A stretch of DNA of 64,000 nucleotides, taken from Ascidiella aspersa (lineage: Eukaryota). A model generated the notes under the pieces. That model saw only the letters and a list, made by a program, of their open reading frames with translations, made no database searches and had not been told where the DNA came from. The first letter of the stretch is position 1. Every line of letters begins with the position of its first letter. The position numbers and the translations under genes are program-made. The DNA lies in assembly GCA_963924565.1 (NCBI GenBank), contig OZ004607.1, positions 30,628,001 through 30,692,000 of the forward strand, read 5' to 3'. Below are positions 49,126-62,482 of this stretch, one piece after another.

Positions 49126-52100
49126 CTAACAGGAAGATGTCGTTTTGTTGTTGTCGTTTAGGTCTGGTCGTTTGACTTTTTGATGCTTTGTCTTGCACGA
49201 CAGTTTTGGCCGATAACTGCAACAACAAAAAACTGCTGTTGCAATTTTTTTTTTACATTTGTTAACCTGCGTTACACAGCAGGGAGAAACGTTTGTGATC
49301 TACATTATATTTTTTTCAAAGTATGAAAAGAACACCGGTAATGTATACTTACATACACCCTGGATATACCTTTTGCTATTATTTTCATAAAACATCTAAC
49401 CGTATTATGACGTCCATATTTGTTAAAATTTGCTACTTGACGTTGCAGCTGCACGTGTGTCTCAGCACGCAAGTTAATGGTTATTGGCTCGAAGTATTCG
49501 TAAATTATCATATGTTATGGATTCGAAAATCAAATTTCGACAAACCGTCTGTAATGTTGTGCTTTTCATGTGGCCCTCAGTGCTAAAAAGGTTTCCCATT
49601 GCTAAACTACAGTAACGGGGTACACAATCCTTCACTCACTTCTCCAGTTCTTTAGCTTCCTCTATCGAATGCGGAAGCTCCAGGCCGTGAGTTTCTGGAA
49701 GGAAAAATACCCCGACTGCAGCTGCCACGCTGAAGCAGCCCATCGTTAAGTAGGGGAGGGAATAGTGAACTACGTCGCCTGAAGGTGAAAATGTTAGAAA
49801 ATTTAAGCCAAGTCGGTAAATGATGTTGATGACGCGACGTTCCCAGGGTTACTTGCGGTTTTAATGATTCGTTTTAATCTGAGTTGAAACAACGCGAAAA
49901 ATGTATATCTTGCGCAATTATGCAATTATGCAATTATGTAATTATGTATAATTATGTATGTATATCTTATAAATGTATATCTTATACATTATACAATAAT
50001 CCAGGTGGAATTTTATAAAATTTCCATAATATTTAAAACTTTTTCTAAAACCTGTGTGACCTTCTTTAGCCGGAAAAAAAAATATAAAAATAGGTTTTTA
50101 AATTACTCAATTATACCAAAAACTATACCCGCTGTATAAGAATTTTACACCAAAGTGGAAAGAAAATTAACTATACGCTCGAAACTCATAAACTATCATT
50201 GTAAACAATTGGGTATTTTGTGATTGTATAATTGGTCGCTGCTGTTTCGAAAAACAAATTAAGCAAAAATAACTACACACCACCAACCACAGGTTTTATT
50301 ATGTCTTTATTCAGTTTCAATATAGTCTATTCTAAAAATTGAATAAAGAGATATTCAAAACGTTTAAAATGCTGCCAATTTCTGTATGTGCTTTGTACTT
50401 CTCGCGAAGACCTATTACAACTTACAACCATAACGCGCCGAAAATGGAATACTCGCCTAAATAAAGCAGGTATGGCACCAAGATGCCTGAAAGCCTCCCG
50501 AAGAAAGCTGCAGCCCCGTAGGCTTGGTTTCGCAGCAAGGTGGGAAAGAAGTCGCCAGTGAAAAGGTAAATTATGAGGAAGGAAACGCTGCTGAAGAACT
50601 TGCCTGTCATTGCGCATACCACCTCTGCCGTTTCACTCTCTGGATAAAAGTTCTGTTAGCGTATAGTTTTGACTGGTCGCTGCGAAGGAAAGCATCTTTT
50701 TTTCTTTTTTTTCATTGAAATATTAAGTGAAAAATGTAGTTATTACATTTGCAAGCATTTCAAAAATATATTTTAACTTGGTCATATTATCAGCTTTTTT
50801 TCAGAAGTTCATTCATCTTTTACTCACGTTTTTCGGAACTAAAATAGGTGGATATTGGACATTATACTCTTGTAGGGGTGACATATAACCCATCCTCCCA
50901 CAATATATGTTTTGGAAAATATTCCATTCAATGCTATTTAAGCTTTACAATTTACATTTTGCGTGCTTATCGGTTTTGAGTTCGGGACTAAGAATGCCCA
51001 AGTGAGTCTTTCCTAGTCTTACACCACGAGCGGTATCCTATACGACATAACATTGGTTTAAAGCAGTGGTCCGCAAAATTTTTTTTTCGCAGTCCAAAAT
51101 GTTCTTTCAAAAGCTGTTGAAGGCCAGCTATGTGAAACGACTAACGTCACAATGTTACGTTACAAAGCACTTAATCTTAAAAAATATGCGTGTAGTGCTA
51201 AAAGTTCATAGTTATATTTTTAGCTTCGCAAATATTTACCTTTCGTTAAACAATTTAATAAAGTAGAGATTTTTGGAGGGTGTGAGCACGGTGGCCCTAT
51301 AATGCAACAAAGAGCAAAAGTAAAAAAACTCTCAGCCACGTCATTTAAAAAAAAACTGAAAATATTAAAAAGTAGCACGCCCACTAAAAATTGCTCGAAG
51401 CCAACATTTGGGCCGTGGCCCACAGTTTGCCGAACACTGGTTTAAAGGATCACTATTTACTAATTGTGCTTAAAGGATCGCCATTTTTACTAATTGTGCT
51501 TACTTGCTCTCAAAAACGGCGTCAAAATAAGGCAGAAACCAGCCATGGCTGTGGCAGCTACAAACATCTTTCGGCACGTTACTTTCCGCAAGAGAACGTA
51601 GCACAAACAGCAACAAGGTATCTCAACTAATGCTGAGTAGAGGCAGTTGAGATACCTGTTGCCGCCAAGTCGGTTCGCGTTAAGAGAAAGGCCGTAGTAG
51701 GATAATGTGACTGACAACCTGCATGCAGCGAAACGAACCTAGGTTAGTCTAAGTTATACAGTACACAAGGATTAAAACGCTTAATGACGTTTTTACACGA
51801 TAACGTTTTCTGAAGGAAACAGAGTTTTGACTCTTTTGAGGCGTATGGCTGTTCATAAGCGTCCAATATGTGTGTGATTGTTTTAACCATATCTATAAGG
51901 TTGATTGAAATTGTAGATACAACAAAAGAGAGGTCTAATCCTCGACAGAAAAACGGAAAGAAAAAAATGCGTAAAAACAAAAATATATCAACCTCTTCAC
52001 TCATGTTTTAAGGTTTAGATTTTAGACAGATCGGACTTTTTAACAGTACGTTCGTCACTAAATTATAATCATTTTTATTGGCAAAAATGTATTTTCTTTA

Positions 52101-55100
52101 TTTTTTTCAGAAGCTTAATATTTTACTGTTTAACGTGTCTTACATTATTGGTATAGTAGTGTTTCTAAACAACGCACCGAACATCACCTTAAATTCCAAT
52201 ATTTATTTCATGACGATTAGGCGCAAATATGATGTGCTTCTTTTTACATAACTATATTCTCAGTTCTTTACTGACACCAAGCGGTCAGAAATTTTACTTA
52301 CATTGCGAGGGCGAGTATAAGGATCCTAGTTCTAAGGAATGAGATCCGAAACAGATCAATGTACGTCAGTTGGCGCGTTGTTTCTTTAAGGGAGGGGGTT
52401 TCCCCGTCTGTTAGCCTTTCTTTTTCCGATGGTATTTCCATCTTTAACGAAGAAAGAAGTTGAAAGCAAACATATATGAGAACAAATGTTACCAGACTAA
52501 CTATAAGACATGGTTCACCATACGTTTTTAACAGATGGCCGGATAGCTATGAAAATGACGAGGCCAGACATAACAGACATGATGTTTTAATGACCTTATT
52601 TAACTTGTTATTAAGCAAAGGAAATATATAAAACATTTATTACAAGATGTAGTGAGCCTTGTTAAATTGTCGTTTAGTTTCATCAAAATGTAGCTTAGTT
52701 TTGTATCTCACAAACATTTTCATTAATAAACTATTAATCACTTTGTGCTAGCCCGTGGGTCGTAGTTTGGTGAATCTAGCCATAGCCGTCAATTTATAAA
52801 TGTGGCCATTTTGTCAGCAAAAACGCATTTCTTCCGTCACAGGCCCGTTATAAAACAAATAACTAGACAGCAGGCTAGTCATTGTTGGTCAAAAAAAAGC
52901 TTCAGAATAGCTAAATCACAGTTGTTAACCACATGTGTGTGTTTATCGTTCATTGAATGATGATATGATACTGTAGAGTGTAGATCCTCTTCGATGTGAC
53001 CTTGTACTAACAGAATGTGGCAAGCATGCGTATGGCTGTTTCTCGACTCTCTTCCCTCTGAGCCTGCGTGTAGCTCAGTTGGTAGAGCGACGGCCCCAGT
53101 ATGGCCGGAGGTCGTGAGTTCGAACCTCACTGCAGGCTGGTTGTTTTTCTAGCCTGCCCTGCTTGCATCACTGAGCAACAGATTCGGTGAGTCTGAAATG
53201 GCTTTCGTGTACTTATGATACGTAAGCCGTTATCCTTGGTCAAAATCCAGCTTGGGTTAGATCCCAGTTGTTAAAGTTCATTGAATAACTGGACAGCTAA
53301 CAAATGAACTAATTATCATAGAATCAACAAATTCGTTTAATAGAATACCAGCAACTAATATTTGTTAGTTGATTATGGCAGCTGGAGCAAATACCAATTT
53401 ACATTTTTGTTTCAAGGGCTTATAAATTGAAAATCACAAAAACAAAATAAACTAAAAAAACAAATTCGTTTCTAAACGTGTTTCTTCCCGGACTTTACCT
53501 CACTTCCTTTGTCAGGCGTAACCTCGGTTTTGACATCGCAAGATATTTTGTTGGTTTGAGTAATTTTCTTCACTAACTTAGCGGCGTCTTCGTGTCTGTC
53601 GCGTTGAACCAGCCACGGAAGCGATTCGTCGACAAGCCTGCAGCATAAATTGTTTATAAACGTTTCAGTTTTAGCTAAGTTAAGACTGTTTGTTTGCGGA
53701 GCAGCAATTGTTAAACCATGAACAAGGACTTGGGGGCAACAACTTATTTAGGCATTTAACCAGCTGATATTATCAACGTTGCTTCCTAATAATTATCTTA
53801 TTGAAGCTTGTCGTGAAGGCTCAAAAACGCAGACAAAAAAGTTGCGATAACGATTTTGTTAAGGCAGCTATCAAATGTATTAAAGCATGTCGCAGCCAAG
53901 AGGCAACACCAAAAAAGTAAGGTTGTACGAATGGTCCTTAACCTTATACCTACCACATTAGGACGTTATCGAATGACATAATGTTTCATATACTATACAA
54001 TTACGCACATGATCTTGTTGTTTTTCCAGTTTGTAAAATAATGCCACACGTGTAAACAAATGTCGTTTGAAACTGTTAGAAAGGAGTATGCGACAGTCGT
54101 ACCCTGCTTTAACACAAATCCATGCCATTCATTATAATACCGAGTGCCGACTCACCAAAGAACTAAAGGCAGAACGACTGCAATAGCCAGGGACATTGCA
54201 GTAAGCATCCACCTCCAGTTCGGAATCAAGTAAGCGTACAAGGGCAGCGATGTGTTTCCCATACTTGCGGCCATTATCATCAACGTTCCCACTTGTTTTC
54301 GCAGCTTAATCGGTGTCAGTTCGTTCACTGTCAAGTACAGATAAGTGCCTCTTTCGCATTTCAATTGGAAGTAGGCTACTTGCCGGGTTATGCAAAATAA
54401 GCAAGGTCTCACGAAACCTTTAGAAAGTTTTCCAAAACGGAAACCTTTTTTTTCAAAGCTATCAAGGGGGTAAAAACACCCATTATATAATGTTTTTTGT
54501 GCTCCGAATTACCATAATTTTGTATTAGCTTTAATATATGCTTGATTTTGTGTTTCAAACAAATGATTCATATCAAATGGGTTCAGAGCGTTAGGTACAT
54601 TTCAATGTAATTTTTCGAGCAAGCGACTGACCGTAATTTGCTACGATGCTTTACCGAATTTAACTGGAACACCCTGTGAAAACGCGACCCTAACTCAGTA
54701 AGACGGTCGCAATAAAATAACGTGTAATACACCCTCGGTTTGTATTTGAAAACAATCACCCAAGACAATCGATGAAGTAGACCGCATGATCACTGCCATT
54801 CCGATAAAGAAAAAGGCGACGTGGACACCGACAAATACTGGGGTCCAAGCCATTCCCAGTCCGGCGGCGCACATTAACACAGCACTTATGACCACCGTCT
54901 TTAGACGCCCGAACCTGAACAAAGGAAATAAAATATGTTAAATTTACACAAGAGTTTAACTATAGAGTCGATGCGTCAGCCTAAAAACACTGGACCCTCT
55001 ACCTATAACGGCCAGTCGGATGCCTAAACGCTACACGAGGCGTCTTACATTTGAATTCAATACAGGGAGCATCAAAAAACAAAACAAGGACACTCGTGAA

Positions 55101-57182
55101 ATATTAAAAGCGGTCCAGCCTCTAAAAACGGATGTAGACCTTGTATAATTTTGTCACGATCCCAGCCTATACTCCAACCTGAATTTACCGCAACTTTTTC
55201 ACTTCATTCCCACTAATGTGTCCACGCACATAAGCAGAAACTAATCCAGATCACATGAACCACCGTGAAATGACTTTCGTCGTACCGCTTTGATTTAAAG
55301 TTTTCGCGTTCAAACAATTTTTCATACTTAAAAAATATCAGTGTTGCCATATTATTAAAAGAAACAGACCTGTCCGACAGAAATCCACCCCCAAGAGAAC
55401 CAGCCATGAATCCCAACATTAGACAAGAGGTTCCTAGCGGCGTGATCCACGATTTGTCGCATACCAAGTCGAACTGAAAGCGATTGATCGGTGAAAATAG
55501 TTGGACTTACGTATACGTTAAAAATGTGGACTTGCATTTACATTTGGTTAGTGCATTGAAAAGCAAATTGGTGATTGTACTAAAATTGGATTTAAATTGT
55601 AAACTATTTGCGAAACAATTATAATGTGTGCGCAAAATTACACACGGACTAACTACAAACAGGTTCATAAATCAATATGGCCCTTTTCAAAGGTACGTCG
55701 CTACGTCGCTCAAATAACAAATAAGAAGAATTTTTTTTAAGAGATCGGACGCTATTTAGTTATGGTTCTTTACTAAAACGCACCTCGGAAACAGCAGACA
55801 CCTCTCCGGGATCAAGGAGATATGACCATCCTTCGTTGCATTCACCTTTGCTTCGTACAGTTGTACCTGGATCGCAGAAAAACAGTGTATACTGTATTTC
55901 CCAAAATATCTGCCAAGCGAAATTTGCCGAAAAAATAATGTATAACGTATTGTTTGACGGTGAGGAATTCTTTTATGCGTTTACTCGCAATATACTCTGT
56001 TAAATGCTTAAGTCAACGAGCGTGTCGTTTCTGGACCAAAAGGTTTGCAGTTAAAAGCTTCCCTATGCACATTGCTGATAACGGCGGGTAATTCCTTCAT
56101 ACCAAGCCGCCTTACTTTTTGATACTTCAAAGTCAAGTCGAGTCTTAAACGAGTTGTCTCTTTTGTGGGTTTATTTATTTTCCTAAATTGGATTTTAATT
56201 GACATATTTTTGTCCGAACATGATAAAGCGGTGCGGGAAAGAACTCAAAATTGTGCAAATTCGTTCCTGCGGAATGAAATTAAGAACAATAAAATGGATG
56301 CACAATGCAAATTCCGATAGAAGACCAACTTCAGTCAAGTCATGTGCCATCATCGTGGCTTTCCCCAATATGCGTTAGGAAAAAAAGAACTTTAGATAAA
56401 ATTAAATGAAAACAACAAAAAATCCAAATTTATGGTAACCCATTAGATTCGAGTCAAAACCACCGGTGTTCTACACATATAAGCTTACAATTGAATGCTT
56501 CGCTATTCAACTGACTAACAAATTTACGTGATCGTACCATTGCTGCCGTTGTCAAACAGATATCGACTGCATTGACCCCATTGAAGGCTACCGTCTTTGG
56601 TGCTGTTTTCGAGTGGTAAGAACGTCGTTAATGTTGCGAACGAGTTGTTGACATTGCTTGAGTCATTTTGGGACCTGCAAAAAGTCAACGTTTATTTAAT
56701 ATGAGGAACCAAGTGGTGAAACACAATCTGTTAATTCAAAGGTCCAATAAAACTCCATATTCGTAACAGCATTCGGCTGAATTAGGGTTAATGTGTGTGA
56801 CAAAGCGCGATTCACACAGCTGCCTAAAACAGTACAGCAATAAACACGCTTTTGTAGCAGGAAGACAAAGCAACCAATTATGTAAGACAACGCTGATCGA
56901 ACAGAGGGCTACGATTTCTGATTCAACTGAATATTGCCTGCTGACTGCTGACGTAGGCCTACGAACCACAGCTTACCCTTGGGGAAGATCGAACTCGCTG
57001 TTGAGGTCACCCAACTCAAAGACAAAGCATCGATGTTGCGGTACGTAGAGTACGAACAAAGTGGTCAGCGTAAATGCAGCCTTGGCGAAGACCAGTAGAC
57101 AAATCGCTACCCAGCTTCGCTTTTGGTAAAAGCCGAAACCGCCCAGGCGCCTGTAACCTTCATTGTCCGGCGCCCACGTCAT
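49126..57182 (-). CDS. SLC22 family organic cation/carnitine transporter-like (12 exons, approximately 57182-56977, 56674-56538, 55866-55784, 55473-55370, 54914-54760, 54328-54156, 53637-53499, 52441-52301, 51718-51506, 50679-50456, 49778-49640, 49216-49126)
   Basis: Motifs GGFGFYQ, PQHRC, CNEGWSY, EFDLVCDKSW, GFLSDRFGR, ELTP..R, NWRW, ESLPWL, SYYGLSLN, ALVEIP, MTGKF, FPTLLRNQAYG and LPETHG are SLC22 signatures; junctions are GT-AG. Confidence 0.88.
51064..51439. mobile_element. hAT-type MITE in an SLC22 intron
   Basis: TIRs CAGTGGTCCGCAAA / TTTGCCGAACACTG; perfect TSD GTTTAAAG. Confidence 0.82.
53062..53138 (+). tRNA. tRNA-like sequence (anticodon AGT, Thr-like); probably a pseudo-tRNA or repeat-borne tRNA
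   Basis: A box TAGCTCAGTTGG; D stem GCTC/GAGC; anticodon stem CGGCC/GGCCG with loop CCAGTAT; T arm GTGAG-TTCGAAC-CTCAC; acceptor GCCTGCG/TGCAGGC; T5 tract just downstream. Deviations: C at position 33 and extra linker bases. Confidence 0.55.
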
Positions 57183-57453
57183 TTTCGTCGATGTGCTAAA
57201 CACAGACGGCTGTTCAAACTGTAAAGTTTATTCGGCAAACCGAAGGTGAAGGCGAAAATCCAAGTCGCAGCTAACATCAACCCTCTCAACGCTAACTCGT
57301 AACAGATGCAATGCGCCTTTAATGATTGAAGAGTGTTACTGGCCTACAGCGCTATTGATTTTGTCTCCTTTTATTGATTTTGTCTCCTTTTTACTGGCAA
57401 GTGTACACGACAGATCTGCCGAAACGTCGACGGTACGTCTAGTTATGCTAGCA

Positions 57454-57870
57454 CAGCGGTTCCCAAACTTTTCTAAAAATTTCCCTGGCGGACCCGTTGC
57501 AATTATTCTGATATTTCGCGGCCTTATAAAAATTCAAGGGTCAATTGACCCATGTTTCTTGTAGTACACTAGTGCAGTCACGATGCTTTCTAAATCTAAT
57601 GTAACAACTTTCTGACTAATACGAACGATTCGCTGATAGCAGGCAGTACAGTATAATAGATGCTTTATGATGTCACAATAGGCATCAGCAAACACGCTAT
57701 ATGTTCGAATGATAAAGCATACCTAAAGACAATAATGATGACAGATAATGTTTAAAAAGATTCGTTGAAGCCTAATGTTCAAATACTTAAAGACTAATTC
57801 TCCTTACGGACCCTCTGAAACTGCTGTACGGACCCCATTTGGTCCGCAGACCCCAGTTTGGGAACCGCTG
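57454..57870. mobile_element. hAT-type MITE upstream of SLC22
   Basis: Perfect 16-bp TIR CAGCGGTTCCCAAACT / AGTTTGGGAACCGCTG; TSD TGCTAGCA / CGCTAGCA. Confidence 0.85.
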
Positions 57871-59574
57871 CGCTAGCATAACTTGCTCTCATTTATCGTA
57901 AAGTAAGCTACGGAAGTAATACAGTCAGCCGGGAGTTTGCAACGCATAGGCCTACTGTATTTCGGATAAAGCAGTTGAACAGGTTGCTGTATATGCCTTT
58001 TCATCCTGTTTGCCTTTTTATTTAAATCTTCTGAACCGTATTTCGACTAACTGGTGTAAAGTGAACAACAGACACGCGAAAGCCAGATTGACAAAGGTCA
58101 AAGTACGGCTATATCTTCCTCAACTTGTATATGTTTACGTTTCGTTTATATAAAACGGTCTTTCGACTGCACTCGAAAAGCTGGGAGACGCGTTATTTCA
58201 ACGCTGTGGTGTTAATTATTGATAGAAGTCAAAGTACTGCAGTCTGTCGGCTTTGGGTAAACACGTGAAGCCTGTAAACATTGAAAGAAGGTTAGCCGGC
58301 CGGAACAGCGTTCAGTAAAGAGAATAAGTTTTTGCATATTTTTACGCGCATAATATGTAGAAATAAAATAAACAGTGATTCAAATCACTATTTTTACAAA
58401 CTTAACTAGATGTTGAACAATATTATATGGCGCTCATGGAAATACAAACAAAAGCATTCAGTTTGCATGGCTCCCTTAGCTAAAGAGGTTCCCGACCCCC
58501 GACTTTCTTTATTATGACAGCACACTAATAAAGGTGATTTAGTACATATCAAAGGTGAGCTTATGTTTCTTCTACATAAAATAGGTGTTTTTAGCTGATA
58601 AGAGCTGCTAGGTTACAAATATTTCACCAAGTAAATACTTCCTTTCGACTTCGATGCAATAAACTTACCCGACTCTGTCCGATTTTATAAGTTGACTACT
58701 CTTTACGTTTTCAACCACATGGCTTTTTTAAACTTCAACGAAATTCGGCGCAATGAGCGTATTAAAAACGAAAGATCGTAAATCGCTTGGAAGTAGAACA
58801 AGGCGGTTGTAGTTAAGCTGAATGCTTTTTCGGCTGCAAAACAAAAAACTAGGTTTTAAATTGCTCTAAAAATGCATCGTCGTCCCATTATGTGCAGCCA
58901 TTAAATTAGGCTGTGGTGTCAGTATCCTCACCAATTTCTAGGCAAAATATGTTTGAATTAATTACATTAAATAAAGCAATGTGCAAATAAATGAGTTTAC
59001 AATACGCCACTTGCCCTTCTGAACTATAATGTTGCCAATTTAGACCCAACGAACGATGTTTTGCATGACACAAATGCTTTGCCGTCATCTTCTTTAATGA
59101 ATACACTTTAGGTTTCTTAAGGTATTTTATACATATTTATGACGCTCCGTTATCAAGTAGTTTTCGGACGTTATATTTAAAACTGTTATATGTTCCGGTA
59201 AAAACAATATTTTAATTTCACCACTAATTTTTGAAATATGTTTAATTTGTCTCGTAAAAAAAGCTTCTCGTTTATTTGACAATTTGCAAATGTGCAGTCC
59301 ATGATCAGCGAATTACGGAATAGGCGAATAACGTTAAAAAAACTCTCAAAAAAATAATTATAGAACTTAGTACAAAACGCTTAAATACAATAACGATTTC
59401 GATTTTGTGTGGAGCTAAATGTGATATACAATTGTGCAGTGAAAGACGACGAATTACAGAACAGACACCAGGGTTAATCACTGACACTGCTAACAAAATA
59501 TTTATAACGTTTTATTTAAAACCAGAAATACAAATAATAGCCGAAGAATGGATATGAAAAGCAAAAACGAATTT

Positions 59575-59772
59575 GGAAGCATGTTTTAAAAGTTTCGAAT
59601 AATGTTCAATTCATTTTCAACATGGTGAGGAAAGCACGAATTCAATGTCCCTCTTTTTGGGCTCCGGTCCCTTATTTTTTTAAGTCCTGTGGCTCGGCAA
59701 TGTGAACTAGTGCTTTCTTCACCATGTTGTAATGAATACGGAATTATTCTAAAAGTTCGAAACATGCCATCT
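59575..59772. repeat. Imperfect palindrome with ~75-bp arms downstream of SLC43
   Basis: AACATGGTGAGGAAAGCAC vs GTGCTTTCTTCACCATGTT; outer arms GCATGTTT...GAATAAT vs ATTATTC...AAACATGC. Confidence 0.65.
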
Positions 59773-60196
59773 ATATTTTTAGAGCGGAAGATAGGTTCCG
59801 AACGATGAAAAAATTCTGACCGAAACGCATGTAAAGTCTCAGGAATGATGTCACAAAGTTACGTCATAATAAAGCACGTAACCCCAAAACCTTGGCTTAG
59901 CTTTCGATGTGGTGCAGCAATATTAAACGAACATAGGCAAAATAGTTTTGGGACATGGCTTCGTGAAAAAAGACATATATTTCCGGTATGCCTCATTGTT
60001 TTACCGGAACACTGTTTCGTATACTGTTCCAGATTATTTAAATCACTACCAACTGCCGTATGGGTTATAGTATTCATTCTGCGTTTTACTACAATAAAGC
60101 AAAAACAACAAATCAAAACAAAAACTGAAAGGTCCACCGCAATTCCAGTCACAAATAGAGTTCACGTTTACGTTATAGGTTGCGTGGTGCGTGTCG

Positions 60197-61675
60197 TCAC
60201 TCGGTCGAGAGAGAAAGAGAGGCTGATTTGGCTTCCCTGTAGATCTTTAGCGGGTGAAGCAGCGTCAGCACGGAGAGTCCAATCATCGCATAATTGGTAA
60301 AAACGAAGCCGGGGTCCGCATGCGTCGCCACCTTAAAGACGGCGTACTGGAGGGCGCCCACCGCTCCCACGCAGGTCTGCGTCAGACCGAAAAGCTGGCC
60401 GAAGTGGCGCGCAGGGAAGGCCAGGGCCACGAAGGCCGCGTTGCCGCCGTAGAGGAACGAGCGGAAGATGAGCAGGAAGGCGAAGGCGGCGTTGACTCGG
60501 CGAAAGGCAACACACACCGACAGAGCGATTGAAAGAAGGCTGGTGGCGGTCATCGAAGCACAGAAGCCGAGGAGCTTCGATCTCTCGCCGTCGGCCACTG
60601 CGTTTCTCTTGCAGTACTTTCTCACGGCGTCTGTCAGCAGTCCGTTGATTGGGGCCACGGCGGCGCCGCCAAGCATCACCAGTCCGAAAACGTCCATGTG
60701 GCGACTAACGTCATGCGCCCCCTCGAACGCCTGTAGCCAGTTGAGGAGGCTCCCGATGAAAAAGGACATTCGCAGGTTGCCCAGGCTCATAAAGAAAACG
60801 TTGCTCCAAAACAACGGACGTTTGAGGTATTTCCCTAAATTGCCATCAACATCTTCTCCGCTACTTTCGGTTACAGGTTGAGAAGCTGTCGGTTTGTCGT
60901 CTTTATTTGAATCTCTGTGCGGTGAAGCCGTACTGGGACGACGGAACAGGGTAAAAGTCTGCTGTTCTCTTTTCAAAGTGAGCTCAAAGATTCCGTATCG
61001 GTAGTCAGGTCGCGGCGGTATCAAGCCGATGGGCATGACCAAAAAGGTCCTGAGCCACGGAAAAAGAGTAAAACCGGCCATGGCGTAGAACAAATGCCGC
61101 AGCTCGAATCCGCTATCGAAGAGAACCTTTATCAGCAGGTAAGTTACGATGCCCGAATCGAACATACCGTTCAGCAGGGCGATGTAGACGGTGCGACATC
61201 GCGGAAAGAGGTTCCCGACTTGGATGTTGCTGGTGAGTAGCGCGAATCCGGCAACGGCGATAAATATCATTGCCGGGAAAAGGAGCCACGCGGTCCTGTA
61301 TGTCATCAAAGCTAGGAGTAGGCAGGCGGTAGAGTAGAACGCCGTAGCAATGCATCGCAGTGTCCAGGTGCCGTACACGTCCAGCAAGTAACCGCAGGGG
61401 AAGCAGAGTAGGTTCAGTATAGACGTCGCCAGCGTGAATATCAAGTTAAAGGCCTCGTCCCGCTGGTGACAAATCCGCGATATATTCTCGTCGTAGCTGC
61501 GGTTTAAGGTCCGCTGTACGCTTTTATTTCGCGCTTCTGTAAAGTTGCACAGCTCCGAAAAGACGCCATTTTTTGTCAGGCAGTACTGCAAAGACGGCCA
61601 GCCGAAAATCGCCCCCGCCAGTAACAGACTCTCGAGTAGGGCGGTCAGGACGCTGGACAGGTGTTGGCATTTCAT
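60197..61675 (-). CDS. SLC43 family transporter (LAT3/LAT4/SLC43A3-like MFS), single coding exon, 492 aa
   Basis: N-terminal LLESLLLAGAIFGWPSL...GVFSELC and QRDEAFNLIFTLA, GYLLDVYG, NIQVGNLFP, LNGMFDS, FRSFLY and FPARHFGQLFGL match SLC43 motifs; ~12 hydrophobic segments; GC-rich coding bias. Confidence 0.88.
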   Translation of the reverse strand: MKCQHLSSVLTALLESLLLAGAIFGWPSLQYCLTKNGVFSELCNFTEARNKSVQRTLNRSYDENISRICHQRDEAFNLIFTLATSILNLLCFPCGYLLDVYGTWTLRCIATAFYSTACLLLALMTYRTAWLLFPAMIFIAVAGFALLTSNIQVGNLFPRCRTVYIALLNGMFDSGIVTYLLIKVLFDSGFELRHLFYAMAGFTLFPWLRTFLVMPIGLIPPRPDYRYGIFELTLKREQQTFTLFRRPSTASPHRDSNKDDKPTASQPVTESSGEDVDGNLGKYLKRPLFWSNVFFMSLGNLRMSFFIGSLLNWLQAFEGAHDVSRHMDVFGLVMLGGAAVAPINGLLTDAVRKYCKRNAVADGERSKLLGFCASMTATSLLSIALSVCVAFRRVNAAFAFLLIFRSFLYGGNAAFVALAFPARHFGQLFGLTQTCVGAVGALQYAVFKVATHADPGFVFTNYAMIGLSVLTLLHPLKIYREAKSASLSLSTE

Positions 61676-62482
61676 GACTTCTTATATAAGTGCTTGCATT
61701 GGACTACAGAGAGCAAAATGGTGTTGTTCGTGTGCTGACCAGCACAAACGCCTTTAGCGATTTCTCGGATTTTACGACCTGGGGTTTACAAAGACGTATA
61801 TGTGTTTACGCTGCAAGCTACAATGACACATGGACCTGATGCACCTTTGAAGAGAAGGCTTACATTGTTTACGGAAAACGTCGTGTCGAACTGACTTGCA
61901 ATGCCATTCGTTACCCATCTCCAGTCACATGTTTTTTTTATTGCAACAAAACATGAAGTTTGTCCCGAAACAACTGGAGTGCGTTGCTATACAATTTCAC
62001 AACAACTTGTACGCTCTCTAAAGAAGTGTTCTTTTGAACTTTTGGGCTTTTGCGAAACCGCAAAAAAAGAAAAAGATTCGTGGCACACTTTACACAAAAC
62101 AACACTTTTGTAACTTGACAATTGCCCTAATACGTGTCAAGTCAGTAGATAAATGCAAAACTGTTGTCAGTTTACTAATGGATGAAATGTAGTTAAGTGA
62201 AACCAGCCTGATTGCTTGCATGTGTGTATTAAATACAAATAGCTTATTCTCCAAAATTGCAACCGGGTACTCAAAGTTCACATATGCGAACTGCAGTTTG
62301 AAGAGGCGTGACCAATCATCCTTTCCCTCAAGCAATTGTTAATTGTCCCAACTTCAACTTCAAGATCGGACAAGTATGTTTATTTAACAAAAGTAATACC
62401 TCTTAAACTTTAAATTTCTATACGATTACGTGTTTAGTAATGTCTTGCCACACGTTTTTAATGTCTGGTCGTTTATCTAAAC

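Noticed and set aside
49910-49990. (TGCAATTA)n-like tandem repeat
   Set aside because: Ordinary intronic microsatellite.
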